Of a stretch of DNA of 64,000 nucleotides, positions 28,076 through 40,214 are shown piece after piece. The DNA is taken from the NCBI GenBank assembly GCA_973895155.1, contig OZ316894.1:13697580-13761579 (forward strand), read 5' to 3'. The stretch comes from Marsupella aquatica. Taxonomy: Eukaryota > Plantae > Marchantiophyta. Both the position numbers and the translations under genes were made by a program. Position 1 is the first letter of the stretch. Each line of letters starts with the position of its first letter. The notes under the pieces are model-generated. The model ran no database searches, was not told where the DNA came from, and worked only from the letters and a program-made list of their open reading frames with translations.

Positions 28076-31000
28076 ACAAGTCCCTTTAATGGAGAAAAAA
28101 TATCATCGTCTGTTAGTGTCCTCTTCTCTATGCCCGAGGCTGTACATCCAGGTAATCTTCTCGCACTTCAAAATAAGCAGTATAAATCAAAATTAATATC
28201 CTAGTTTTGAGTTGGAGACCTAATGTCAATTGCGATTTCTCAAACATCTATTTCAGCAACTTCCTGCCGGCAGCAATGGTTAAGAATTTGGGTACCAACA
28301 CTTAGGGATGACAGCCTACACTCTAAAAACTGAGCATGCCGCACGAGCTTCAGTCCGCGGGGCAGGAATAAGAACCACTCCCGATTAAAACTCTAATTAC
28401 AGGTCATACATCCTCATCTTGCTGCTTGCTTCAGAGATTCAGAAGGTAATTGCTCGACTTCCTATCGAGTTCTATTGCCTTGTAAACAATTCAACAAAAA
28501 ATTCCCTGACCTCAAGGCTTCACTCTCTTCAGTGAGAACTTCGAGTAAAACTATCGTCGATTGCATTTGCGGCAAAGCCAGGAAAATGAATCATAAAGTG
28601 AGTTTCTGTCTCTCTTGACATGCTCCCATCCCTGAAAGATTTACTCTGTCGCATGAAGGGAGCTTCTGCAGCCTGGTGTCTAAAACAGAACTTGAAAGAC
28701 GAGTATGTATAACTCGGGGCAGGATGAGAAACAGGCTACCGCTCATTTCTTTGCATTGTAAGTTCTTTTTTGTTGCAGCTCCCTTGACTTTTATGGTTCC
28801 GGAGGCATAATACATTACATTACCAATACCAATACCAATACCAAACACTTTCAGTTTAGCGCATCACTTGCCAGTGCCCCTTCTTAAAATACGCCCGGGG
28901 TTAAAGTGTGCAGCAATGTGACACTGTCAAGCCTCCTTTTTCCCAGCACAATAATCCCAGGTGAAGAAGGCAAACGTTATGCTTTATCTCCACTTTGGCT
29001 CTTCTCGTAGCCCTCATATAGTTGAAGAGCTGTTCAACAGTCTTTCATTCTATTCCAGCTCCGTGGGACGTCTTTGTTCATATCATCCCTCAGCAGTCGA
29101 GACCTTTCCCATATATGAAGGTACCTACAGGTCTGCATTGTATGGGCCATTTCCCCTAAATTTTCAGAACTGTTCCGTCGTAATATCCTGATGACCTGTG
29201 TGGTCTGTCCCGAACCTGCGTTTGTGAGTGAATTGGCATTTACAGCGTATTTATTTTTTCCCTCATTTCTCTGGAGAGGGCTTTGCAGGGTGATATTCTG
29301 ACAAACTCAGTGCAAAGAATACAAGCCTTCAACAAGGACGAAGGGGACACTAAGATTAAAAGTTCCCCGACGTAGAAGTATGTAGTGTGCCAGGATATGG
29401 GTCCAAAGCAATATCAAACACTACCGCGGGAATGGGTCAAAGGAGGCTGACCACAACATCTGAGACGACTAAGTTCAGAATTTTCAAAACCACAAGCAAC
29501 AGCAATAACCTCGTCGTGACCTAAATCCTCTCTCACGAGAAAACTGTCTTATGTATGAAACAAAACCTACAAGTTTCGCATGCCTCAAATCCCCCTAAAA
29601 TGCCTTTCCCACTTTCAATCTCATCCTGATTTGTACACTTTTGTCCGAATTAGAGGCAGTTCTAGCGTACCTTCCTAAAATCTCGAATTGTCCTCTCCCT
29701 GCTACCCAGCCGACCTTAAATGAGTCTTGAGGTCACAGCACGGCCCCACAGCACAAGAAACCCGTGGGAGATCTGTATCGAACTCGGAACAATTTAGTAA
29801 CCCGAACTTTTAGGTTCAATCCTCTTAAAATTGGAACCCGCCCAGTCTTCCCTCCCTGCCTGGTCCTGTTCCGTAACTCCGCAACGAAGTAGCTACACCC
29901 AAACCTGGATTCCTTGCAAACCTTGTCGGCTCACTAATATTCCAGTTCGTTCCAATAATGAAGCTCTTATCTTCCGAACCTGTTCCTAGCTTCTAACACC
30001 GACCCACCCGAACACTGTCAACTTCAGACGAGGGATCAGATTGAACAAGATAAAGAACCCGGTGCTCCTCTACCCACCTTAAAGTTACGTTCAGTTCTTA
30101 AAACACAAGCCCGCACGGATACAGGCACCGGACCACAATCTCCTCTAACAATAACGGCACAGCTCTTCGATTCGCCAGTGAATTGCGCCCCTACAATCCT
30201 GCAACACAGCCAACAAGTCTAACACTCAGAGTGAGACCATTTAAGCATCCCCGATCAACTTCACAAGAGGAAAGGAAGAACAGCAGCGTCCTTTACTTCA
30301 CGTTACAACAAGATTTTCTCGGATCCCGTACACGTTCTGACCTTTCCAGATTCCGTACACCCGTAACAAGACCAGGCCTCATTAGAAACAACACATGTCG
30401 AAATAGTGTAGAACCAACCAACTTAATAATCTCAAGTTAAAACTGCCAGGTCAAGCCCGCGACTGGCAAAAATAGACTGCCGTAGCTCACACCGCGGTAA
30501 CCTTAGGAAGGAATTCAAAACTGCTCGTATTTTCAGAACCAATAACGCGATCGTGTCTGCGACTTTGACAATCAAAAATGGACAGACCATCCTTCGACGT
30601 ACATCCGGCCCACCCAAAATGACCCGAGTGAACACCAGGAGAAGGCACCCACGAGATCTCACCTTTCCTCTAGCAAACTCTGCTGGCCGTATTCAGAGAG
30701 TAGGTTGTGAGGGAGACCAGGGCGATGGTCGCGACGGCCCCTGTGTCGATGCAATTAATCGTTGCCTGACTTGAAGAGTTCTACACTGACGACCAGCTCC
30801 TTCCGAGCTTCCTCTGTTCCCAGCTCCTTCCTCTGTTCCCTCGCGCACGTCGGCAATAATTCGACAAGTTTCTACACATCCCCTTCATTAAGCACGAGAG
30901 GCAATCTCGATGCACATTAATTAATGCCACTAAGCTTACGCTAATGTACTTAGCAGGGCAACCGTGATGTTTCGGGCAGTTTAGGTTGCCACGTCGCCTG

Positions 31001-31849
31001 CCCCGACAGGGACACCCTGCCAAGCAAGCCCCTGTGCCTCCGATGGCCCAGTGCCCTCCAGCCCGCGCCTCATGGGCCACGGCCCTCAACCAGCCCGTTG
31101 CTGAGTGGTCCATCTGGGCACCAATTCCACCCTGTCGCTTGGCCATTCCGTCGCCAACATCACACCAAAATACATCATTGGGCCTAGATGTACAGATTCA
31201 AAATGAAGGCGCGATGTGTGGCAAACTTCCTCTACATTTGCATGGTGTGTGCAACACTCGATCCAACCTGTCAGCTCAAAATTATGTTGTTTGCAATGGC
31301 ACATGGTAAGTTGGTAAGGCACATCAAAAACTGTTGGGATCCTTTGCACAAAGCGCCTAGTGCACTTTACCGCCAACAAACGGTACATTCCAGGCACAAG
31401 GATCAACTACTGCAGGGCCGATGACTTGATCTGCAAGCAAGGATGCGGCTTTTTCCAATGAACAACAATGTTCAAGAACAACCATTTAAACACTTGGAGT
31501 CTATAGTCAAGGATTCAGAACGGGACAAGGAGAATTTTTAATAGGGCAAGTGCCCTATGATGATGGAGACTTTGCACAGTAAGTTTAGTGAAATGAAAGT
31601 CAAAAGTGGTGTGAAGGCAACAGATTGGGCCATTCCACAACTAAAGAGGTGTTTTCATGAGAATAATAAATGTGATAAAATTCAATATCCTCCCCTTGGT
31701 GAATTTGATGCTACTAAATCCCAATGTTTGGGACAAAATAAGACTTTCCCTGGACTCCTAAAAACCTATTGAATGACTTTATTTGGGGAGAAACATGAGG
31801 GAGGGTTTTCATACGCAATTCTTCATGCACAAATCCCACGAGCATAAGA

Positions 31850-32710
31850 TAATTGAATACGGTCTCTTGAGAAGACTGTGACCTGGTATAATTGTTGTTT
31901 TGGGCTTGAAGACAAGCACCATTGGAAGGATGTCATGGGTAACAAAGTTCCAAAGAACTTGAGCTCAAAAGAAGGGGGCGTCTACCTGAAAAAGAAAATA
32001 ATCAGAGGTAAATGTCTCCCCGTGTCCCCATGCACATCACGTTCTGCACGTCATGTTCCGCATGATTCTGACATTGTGGCATTATGCAAAAGAACAATGT
32101 ATTTACGTTTTTGAAGGACAAGGCAATGTATTTGAACATCAAAAGTCTGCCCTGTCATAAATGTCTTACACTATCTGCGTGCTTCAATTTTGAAGGCCAC
32201 TCCATCAAGCAAGGTTGTTGATGCAATTTCACAACAACTCTTTTTGTATTACATCTGGATGTTCTCCTTATAAGTTGGCTACAACGGGAACACAAGGACG
32301 GAGATGGCCACATTGTGCCACAATTTGGAAGACACATCCACTTATGCATCAAAATGTCACACATCCCCTCGCATTTTGATGAAACTAAGGGCTAAACTAG
32401 AGAGATATTTAAGAGTTGGCATGTTAGCAAAGGCTACTATCAAGGCGCACTTTGATGAGGTTGTTGTCAAATGGCAAAAGATCACCTTGCTTTGGATGCA
32501 GATGTTATCTTTAGTAAAGACATGAAGCTCATGCCAAAAGACATTTGGATAGTACGTGAGAGAGGAAATGCGGTGAAGATAACCATTTTACACAATGGAT
32601 GACGCAATTACTGGTGTTCACAACTGGGTCCTTCAAAACAAGTCAAATGTACTCTTTTACCAGCCTCAAGTAAAAGTAGATGATTGACCCTTCATCTTGG
32701 CATGGTGTAT
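31850..32710 (+). pseudogene. Highly degenerate fragment of a second MULE/SWIM-type transposase family
   Basis: Frame-hopping translation gives CCFGLED, KQGC*CNF...HKDG...CHNLED...SPRI..LR...L.VG and DDA...VHNWVLQNKSNVLFYQ...PFIL, matching the N-terminal region of plant MULE-derived SWIM proteins. Confidence 0.55.
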
Positions 32711-33888
32711 GTGGTATAGATGGAAGAACCAAAAGTGATATTTCTCATTTAAAGACCAAGGTATCGATCCCTTTAAGAACAGAATTGGATCGGATTGAAT
32801 ATTTTTATCCTTTTGAGAACTTTAGAGCCTCTTGCTCTCTATTTCTCTTACTTACTCTTAACAGAAGTAAACAAATCCATCAAAACACCAGTATGAAAAA
32901 CTTCCGAGTTATAGATGGAGATAAACTTAGATTGAGGTGATTTAATTATCATTTTAATATTGTCACTCCTTCAAAAAGGATTCTGGTCTTATTATATATA
33001 AAATGGTAACTTTCAACCACTCTCCAATCATCCTTTCTCCAACCTATAATAATGTCGAATGTAAGACTTTTGCTCACCAAGCCCAAAGTAACTTTCTGAT
33101 TACAAATGTAGAGATAAGCCTTATGATGCCGTCAACATGATTCGATTAAGTGTGATACACAACTTAAGTCAAATTCTAAGGTTTATTGCGGTGCATAGTA
33201 ACCGTACTAATTTCCGTGAAAATGGAATTTTGCTTCTCACAATTACAACATTCATCCTCGAATTGGCTAGCGAATCTCGTCACAGCGAGTAAGCCTAGCA
33301 GTGAACTCGATGTGAATCTTAGAAGTTAATCATTAAACTCAATCATTACAAAAGAGTCTTCAATTCAATCATACTTCAAAATCAAAGCTTTACTTTCATA
33401 CAAGACCTTGACTCTCAATGACTTGTTACAATGGAAGGAGGAACAATTAATCAGCAACCTCTATTACTGAATAATGATTTTGCCCCTGGAGCAAGAAGCG
33501 TCCCTAAAAGACTTTATAGGTTTAGGGTCCTAACATAATGGTGGTAGGGAAGGTTATACATTTTCGAGTCTAACTAAGATGCATATAATATTACTCTAAT
33601 AGTAGGTTCCTACAAAAACTAAGTTTGGGGCCGGAAATGACTAAGTGTCATTAGGCTTTTTTGACAGAAAACAATATTTGACTATCTTTACCTATTTTTA
33701 ATTCCTAATCCTTAACACCCAAAATGTTGATTTTAACACAGTGGCAGGAGCTACCTTCAGTCTACAAGCAGGTTGAATCTCAAACTTTTCTGAGTGGTCT
33801 AAGTACTTCAAAGAAATCGGGCAGAAATGCTACTTGATGAAAATGCGGTTTAACCTAAAAAAATTCTAAGTATCGGGAAGAAAAAGGT

Positions 33889-34054
33889 GGACGTTTTATG
33901 AAGCGTCGGGTTTCAGATGGACGCTTTATGAAGTGTCAGTGTCTTCTCTTTGTTGGGGTTGCGGACGCTTTCAAAAGCGTCAAGGTTTTTGTCATCGTCA
34001 GTGGTGGACGCTTTATGAGGCGTCCTGCAACTGTTGGACGCTTTCAGAAGCGTC
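33889..34054. repeat. Five copies of a 19-bp hairpin repeat GGACGCTT-N4-AAGCGTC with variable spacers, inside an LTR-like remnant
   Basis: Copies start at 33889, 33919, 33963, 34006 and 34036; spacers are 11, 25, 24 and 11 nt. Confidence 0.8.
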
Positions 34055-34389
34055 GGCATAAAGTAACAAATTAAGTTTTGGTACCTTAGAAAATTCATAA
34101 CTCCTTAACGGCTAGTCCAATGAAGCTCAAACTTTGCCAAGTTGATCTCCTATATCAATTCCATTTGATACCAAGATTTCAGACATTTCTGGTATCCTTA
34201 TCAATTAAAATAAAATAGGAGAAGATTCAACTTCTCAATCTGCATTCAACACTTGGAATCGGTGCAAAAACTAGTTTTCTTCACAAAGAGGCTGCAAAAA
34301 TCCAAGAATAAGCTCGAGTTGAGGAAATCCAAAAAAGTGTCCATCCACAGTGTAGCTATTGGCAAAGGAAAAAGTTGGCTCACGGCGAT

Positions 34390-35250
34390 GTTGTGGGCTT
34401 TGTCGTGCGCATACACATTGCTACACAATATACATTGTTTGTCACACACATCTAAGCATAGTCACAATCCAACATCACAAACATAAGAGAATGGAATACA
34501 AGTGGAACTCTTCTCCACAGATGTCCAAAACCCACAATTGAACAGCAAATGATGTCAATCAAACACACAATACTGCTCCACACGGTCACACACTATCTTA
34601 TGTCAAGTCAAACGCACCTTGCGCCTCAAGGAATCCACATCACCTAGACACAACCTAGACAGCCACACCATAGCCGCTACAGTTTGTGCTTGAAAGGCTT
34701 ATCACACCGTCGAATAGGATATCGGACTATGTAGGTTTGAGGCTTTCATATATGTGTTATCTAAGTATTTTAGGGTTAGTGTATGTTTGTGAGGGATTGT
34801 TATCCTTTTTTCTCTGGGCTCAAAGGTCTCATCTTTTGATGTTGAGCCTTTTGAGCACAAGCTCTAGCGGCTATGGTGTGGCTATCTAGGTTGTGTGTAC
34901 ATAACGTGGATTCCTTGAGGCGCAAGGTGCGTTTGGCTTGACATAATCGTGTGATCGCATTGAACAGGATTGTGTGTTTGATGCGCATCAATTGTTGTTT
35001 GATTGCTCTTGAAGATTACATCAAAAGATCAGCTTTGATTTTGTTGTTGATGATTTTTGGTAGTTCGGATTGGGTGTTATTATTGAACGGATTGTTGGTA
35101 TCTCAATCTGTTGCAAGTTGGTGCTCGGCGCTCGCATAGAAGTGAAGCTTCAAGTTGTTGTTGCTAACTTGTGGTTTTGGAGTTGCGGTCTTCATCAATA
35201 TCTGTAGCAAGTTTTGTTGCAAGGGTTTAGGGTTTTGGGGTTTGGGCGAG
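34390..35250. mobile_element. Rearranged LTR fragments of the PHD-finger Ty3/gypsy family, in both orientations
   Basis: 34400-34536 is the reverse complement of the LTR start at 41841; 34713-34845 matches 42007-42133; 34550-34700 and 34845-34990 are inverted copies of each other. Confidence 0.75.
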
Positions 35251-35417
35251 GGGTTGGTCAGGGCCGGAATTAGTATGGGGACATGTATAGTCCGTGCATG
35301 TAGTTGAGGGCTCTACATTGTCCTAGTTTGCTTTTGTAAGCGCTACGTCAAGTGCAAACTACCTTTGCCGGCTGAGTCCAAAGAACAATTTGCATTGTTC
35401 TCAACGCGTATCTGGGC

Positions 35418-35813
35418 CTAACTAGGCAAAACTGGCTTGGCTGGAACGATAGGCTGGTTGGTGGTCTGTTCGGGCGGGGTAGCCAAATCCCAATTCAATG
35501 CGTTGGAGCTTTTCCTAAGGAAGGTGAGATACTGCGCAACCTCTCCCTGATAGTTGATTTCTTCCTCCCTCTGCTTGGCCACAAGCTGTTGCTCAATGTA
35601 ACCCGGGATCTTGTTGAACTTTGCCTGAGTCAGCTTTTGGCCGCCCTTTGGCTTAAAATACTTCATTGGTACCACTAAAATTGTCTCAACTACTGACCAC
35701 AAGCCTTCTTTGTTGATGTACAACTTGGTAATGTAATCCCAAACCTCGTTGTAGCTTGTGTTCTTGGTGAGTGCGACCTTCTCGTAGTTGATTTGTGCTA
35801 CCTTAATCACCAA
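35418..35813 (-). pseudogene. Diverged homologue of solo-LTR ORF1
   Basis: EVWDY...GLW...FKPKGGQKLTQAKFNKIP aligns with EVSRY...GFW...FNIPGTIDLQRHHFDHIP of 8236-8673, and the ORF lies a similar distance from a ...GTGACA end (36473). Confidence 0.5.
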
Positions 35814-36482
35814 TTTAATGTACCTTTGCTCGTATGCAGCTTCTCCGAGGCAAGAATACTAGTAAGTCTCAGACAACTTGTCGCCTACCTCCCCTACTAG
35901 GGTCCACTAACCTTCTTAGTCTATTGATTGAGTCCGTCCCCTATGCCCCTTTGTTGTTGCAGTACTGTAGGTCTGCAATCTCTCATGGAGAAGTCCCGAT
36001 CTCCTTTGTGTGTTACTCCAATTAAATTCCACTACAATGCGCGCTTATCCTTTGGTTTCCTTCGATAAAAACGGGAATAAAAATGAGTTTGATCAAGAGC
36101 AAAACTGGAGTGTAAGAGCAAATTGACGGGAACCAAGCAACGATGATGCCACCGAATGGGTTCTCATGGGGGTTCTTTGGCAAGCTCAGGCATGAGAATG
36201 TTGAGTACTATTGGTTGCCATCGCCTAGTTGAACGCGATTGCCTTGGTCCAAGGGTAAATTGCCATAACAAACTTTTACTCTGTCGCCGTCATAGTAAAG
36301 CAAATTATTGTAATAGTGCACATCATAATCGGCACTTGTTAAGTTGACTAACCTATTCTTAGCCTAATTATAATTGCAAAAATTGTTACGCGTACTATTC
36401 CTAACTATACAAATATGGTTCTAATTACCGTAGACATCCTAAGAATCTACTACTTGCGTCATGGTAAGTGACACGTTGCCCG

Positions 36483-39400
36483 TGTCACACCACGCAAACC
36501 AAATTGTAAGGGGCCACAGGCCGTGGGCTGTGGGTGCGGGTGCCTCCCCACCAAAACTCTCTTCACTCAAGTTATGGGCTAAACACGCCGCGAGTAATGG
36601 AAAAAACACTATTCACTATTTATCATTTCCTCTATGCCCTGAGTCATAGCCACACCTTGCCTCTTTGTGGTGCCTTATCTTGTTGCGTGCTGACAACACA
36701 ATTCACCAACATTCAACGTCATTTCCTTCATAGAAACACACTATTCATCAACAAAGAACTTGATGCAAATCAAAACTGCATCCTTCAAAAATTGTAAACA
36801 CAATCAACTATTGGGCTCCCAATCGCACCGCCTCAATCAAAACTACAAAGAGTTGCACATCCGACTACTTTCCCTTCACAAAATAGGATCAGACACCACT
36901 GTCTGTCTAGCACAAAGTTGTCAACAACATCTGCTTGTCCCACGTGGACATTCTAAAGGACCCGTCCCACGTGGACTATCTAAAGGAGCATCAATTAGAT
37001 AAATTTTCTCAGTTAACCTGGAGGCCTACCACCTTTGGGGCAAGGAGATGCATGAGTTCATCTCAAACTTTGATATATTGACACACCTGTCACCAAGGTG
37101 TCGGGACAAACTTTGTCCCCCCTGGGCCCTCACTCCGAGTAAAAGAAGTAAACCCCCTTGTGATTGGGACCCCTTCCCTCTTACCCCTTGTTATTTTTAT
37201 TTTTCTATAAAAAGCTCCCTTGTTACCGATAATAATTATAATTACTAGTTTCAATAAAACCCACCCTTTGAGTGTTCACACGTCCTCCCATATTAGTTAA
37301 CATTGAGGGCCCAGGGTTTGTCCCTCATGGAGTACCGGTTGGCCCAAGTCTTTTGTCTACCAACAGGACCTGTGCTAGTCAAACTCCGGATCAGGGATAA
37401 GGAGTATGTCCCTCGATACTTCAAACAGGTACAAGCAAGGTTTGTGTACCAATCTGGTTTGTATGGAGTGACTAAGCTTCATCCAAACCACCATGCACAT
37501 GATCAAACCTTGATCTGAGATCTCCCTTTGCACAATTATGTAGGTGGAGCAATGCAAGAGGCAAATTTGGGCCTAGTTCTTTAGCCACCGGTTTTTAGGG
37601 GAGCTTAAGTGGGCTAAGACAGGCCTATACATTGGCGGGAAAACCTATCTTGGAAGTCACATTGCGATCATCCTAGATTGGTACAAGCAACGTCGCAAGG
37701 TCAGGGGGAAGAAGTCTACAATCCCGGTCTTGACCGACACCGGCCCTACCCCCAGTAGTAGCACGTCAAGCACCCCAACCACCGCAACTCGGGTAAACCT
37801 TGCCCCCACTCCGTCACAATCTACTCCCCTACCTACTCCATTTGGGACCATTGTGAACAATGGGCCACCGCTACCTCCTCTTGTTGTAGAGCCCCCACTA
37901 CCTCCATTGCAACCACCATCAATTCCATCACCCCTTGTGGATCCCATCCTTCTCCTGTGCGGACTATGGAGGAAGCCATAGCCCCAACCATGGAAGGACC
38001 CTTGCCAAAGACCGTGGAGAAGTACCAAGTGGTACCCGATACCTTAGCCCACAATCAGGTCCAAAAGTTTAGTCAAGACCTTTCAATGGAGCTAGTAGAG
38101 TATATCGCCCTCCAAGTCTCTAACTACTTCCAATCGGCTTTCTTCACGTTGGATCACCACCTGCGGCTTATGGCCCTCTTACAAGACAAACTCATGGCCA
38201 AAGGGAATGAGATCGGGGCCCTCAAAATGACCATGGAGTGCCTAGAGTCTGAAGCCACCGCGCACCGAGGGGATTTAGTCTAAGAGGGTTAAGAGCGGGA
38301 CAACTAAAACAAGAACTACTTAAGGTTCAAACGGACCTTAAGGAGCAAAAGGCTGCCATAGCTTGGCTTGAGGAGTCTGCGACTTGGGTTAAGAGCCTGG
38401 CTGACCTAAACAACCAGTTTGTGCAGGTTGCTTAGCAAGTGAATACCGTCACTGCCAATTGAGATAAGTGGTTGGGGCAGCATCAAGCCAACCTCAAAAT
38501 GATTGATAACCTCAACTTGGGGATGGTGCACCTGCAAACTAAGGTGAACAAAGTCTCCAACAAGGCAGAGGAGGCAACTCAAGATAACCAAGCCTTGTAG
38601 GCTCGGGTTACTCTGTTGGTGAGCCAACAGAATGGGGCGGGAAATGCCTTTGACCAAGGGGGCTTGAGGTTTTGGCCTGACAAAGGAACAAGCCCAGGGC
38701 AGCAGCGTAGTGTAGTATTACACTAGGAACATAAATTAACATTTAAGATCCAAAACACAATATTCGTTCCCATGGAAGAACAAGTAAGGATGATTTTCTA
38801 TTGTTTAGCACTTTTGAATAAGTAAGATAACAAAAACACAGGTTTGAGCCTTTTACTATGATTGCTCAACAAAGCATAGTTTTGAATGTTTACTTAACAT
38901 TGTAAACAAAATGGAAATAACTATCAACAAAAGACAATGAAAATCAAGCACCCAAACACTCCGATAAATAACCCCAAAAAGATCTAGATCTCCCCCAAGT
39001 CTAGCATCCTAACTCAAGCTCAACAGACATTGGTAAGTAGGTTAGCAATAGGTCCTCCTGTTGCCATAAGTCAGAATCAAAACCGACACCCACTATTCGT
39101 CCAGAACAACCCCTCTGGGTTCCCCCTCGTACCTATCCATCACCAACTGACCGCTCTGCCCCCAAGACATGTTCATGGCCCAAATAGTTTGTCCCAACAC
39201 GTTGAGACTAGAATAGTCCCGACTCTAACCCAACTTCGGGTTCTCACCCCACTGATGGCCTAGGGGCCAAATGTACTTGGAACTCAACCTCCATGCCTAC
39301 TTGACCTTGACTCCCCAACGCAAGCTCTCTTGGAAGACTAAACACGGCTTGGCTGCTGTTTTGGTAGGATTTGGCAAGTGGGCAAGATAGCCCCCACAAA

Positions 39401-39607
39401 CCCCGAGAACCATGACACCCCTAGACCCAGCTGAGCTCAGGAGGATATAGTCTTTCATGAGAGCTTGATGTTATTGCCATTTCCATTTGACAGGATGAGA
39501 AGTCCATGGCGATAGTTTTTGTTTGACGTTTTTCCTTAGTGTCGCAACTGCCGCGGCTCACGACTTTGGCTTGCCCTTAGCCCCCAGGGTGACACCACTC
39601 CCCTCAA
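36483..39607 (-). mobile_element. Candidate long 3' LTR (TGTCAC start at 39594) with adjacent polypurine tract, containing the ORF2 homologue in antisense
   Basis: The minus strand reads TTGAGGGGAGTGG|TGTCACCC at 39607-39587. The distal end is tentatively placed at 36483 (GTGACA on minus). The region is a mosaic with other insertions, so that boundary is uncertain. Confidence 0.5.
37300..38720 (+). pseudogene. Degenerate homologue of solo-LTR ORF2
   Basis: LRAQGLSLMEYRLAQVFCLPTG and LYIGGKTYLGSHIAIILDWY (37625-37684) match LRGRNMSLTEERLKMIFGLPEG and LYIGGKAYFASHIEIILEWY, followed by Pro-rich and coiled-coil segments. Confidence 0.75.
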
Positions 39608-40214
39608 GTATGCTTTTGGAGACCTGCCATCCCCAGACCTACTTTGGTCCCTAAATTTTGCCCCCCCACCTAGACTCCAACCCGCATGTCTGGGCGCACC
39701 ACCAACTAGCTATGCCCATAACTTTCTAGTTAGGCGTCCGTAAGCAGAGTGCCTTAGCCCGTTGTGATCCAGCCAACCCAGTGTTCATGCCTAGGCCCTC
39801 AGAACCCGTCATCGCCCGGGGCCCCTGATCGGCCAAACTTGGGCCAGGTCGTAACTCGTGCCCAAAGCGTCCGTTGCACATGGAGTAAACTCTATTTGCC
39901 TTGGGCCCAAGATGAGCTCTCACTCAAGCCCTCATAACTCAAAGTCCATCCGGGGATCCGAACGGTTAACCTTGAGTCTGGCCCTTTCCCTTGACCCGAC
40001 CAGCCCTCAACTAGTCTCAGTCCTTAGAGTGTGTCACCAACTTAGCGCCTTGCCTTTGCCAGTACCACGCCCCATTGCCCACATGTCTCCCCATGCTAAG
40101 TCCTCCCCGGATGGCCGTTCCAGGCTTGGACCATAGAGGAGTTCAGCGTCGGAGTCAACAATGTCAGACCTAAGTGTTAAGGTAGTCAAGTTTTGCAACT
40201 CACTGTGTGCAAGA

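Noticed and set aside
33889-34054. CRISPR array
   Set aside because: Repeats are only 19 bp and degenerate, spacers are 11-25 nt and unequal, there are no cas genes, and the context is eukaryotic and LTR-like.
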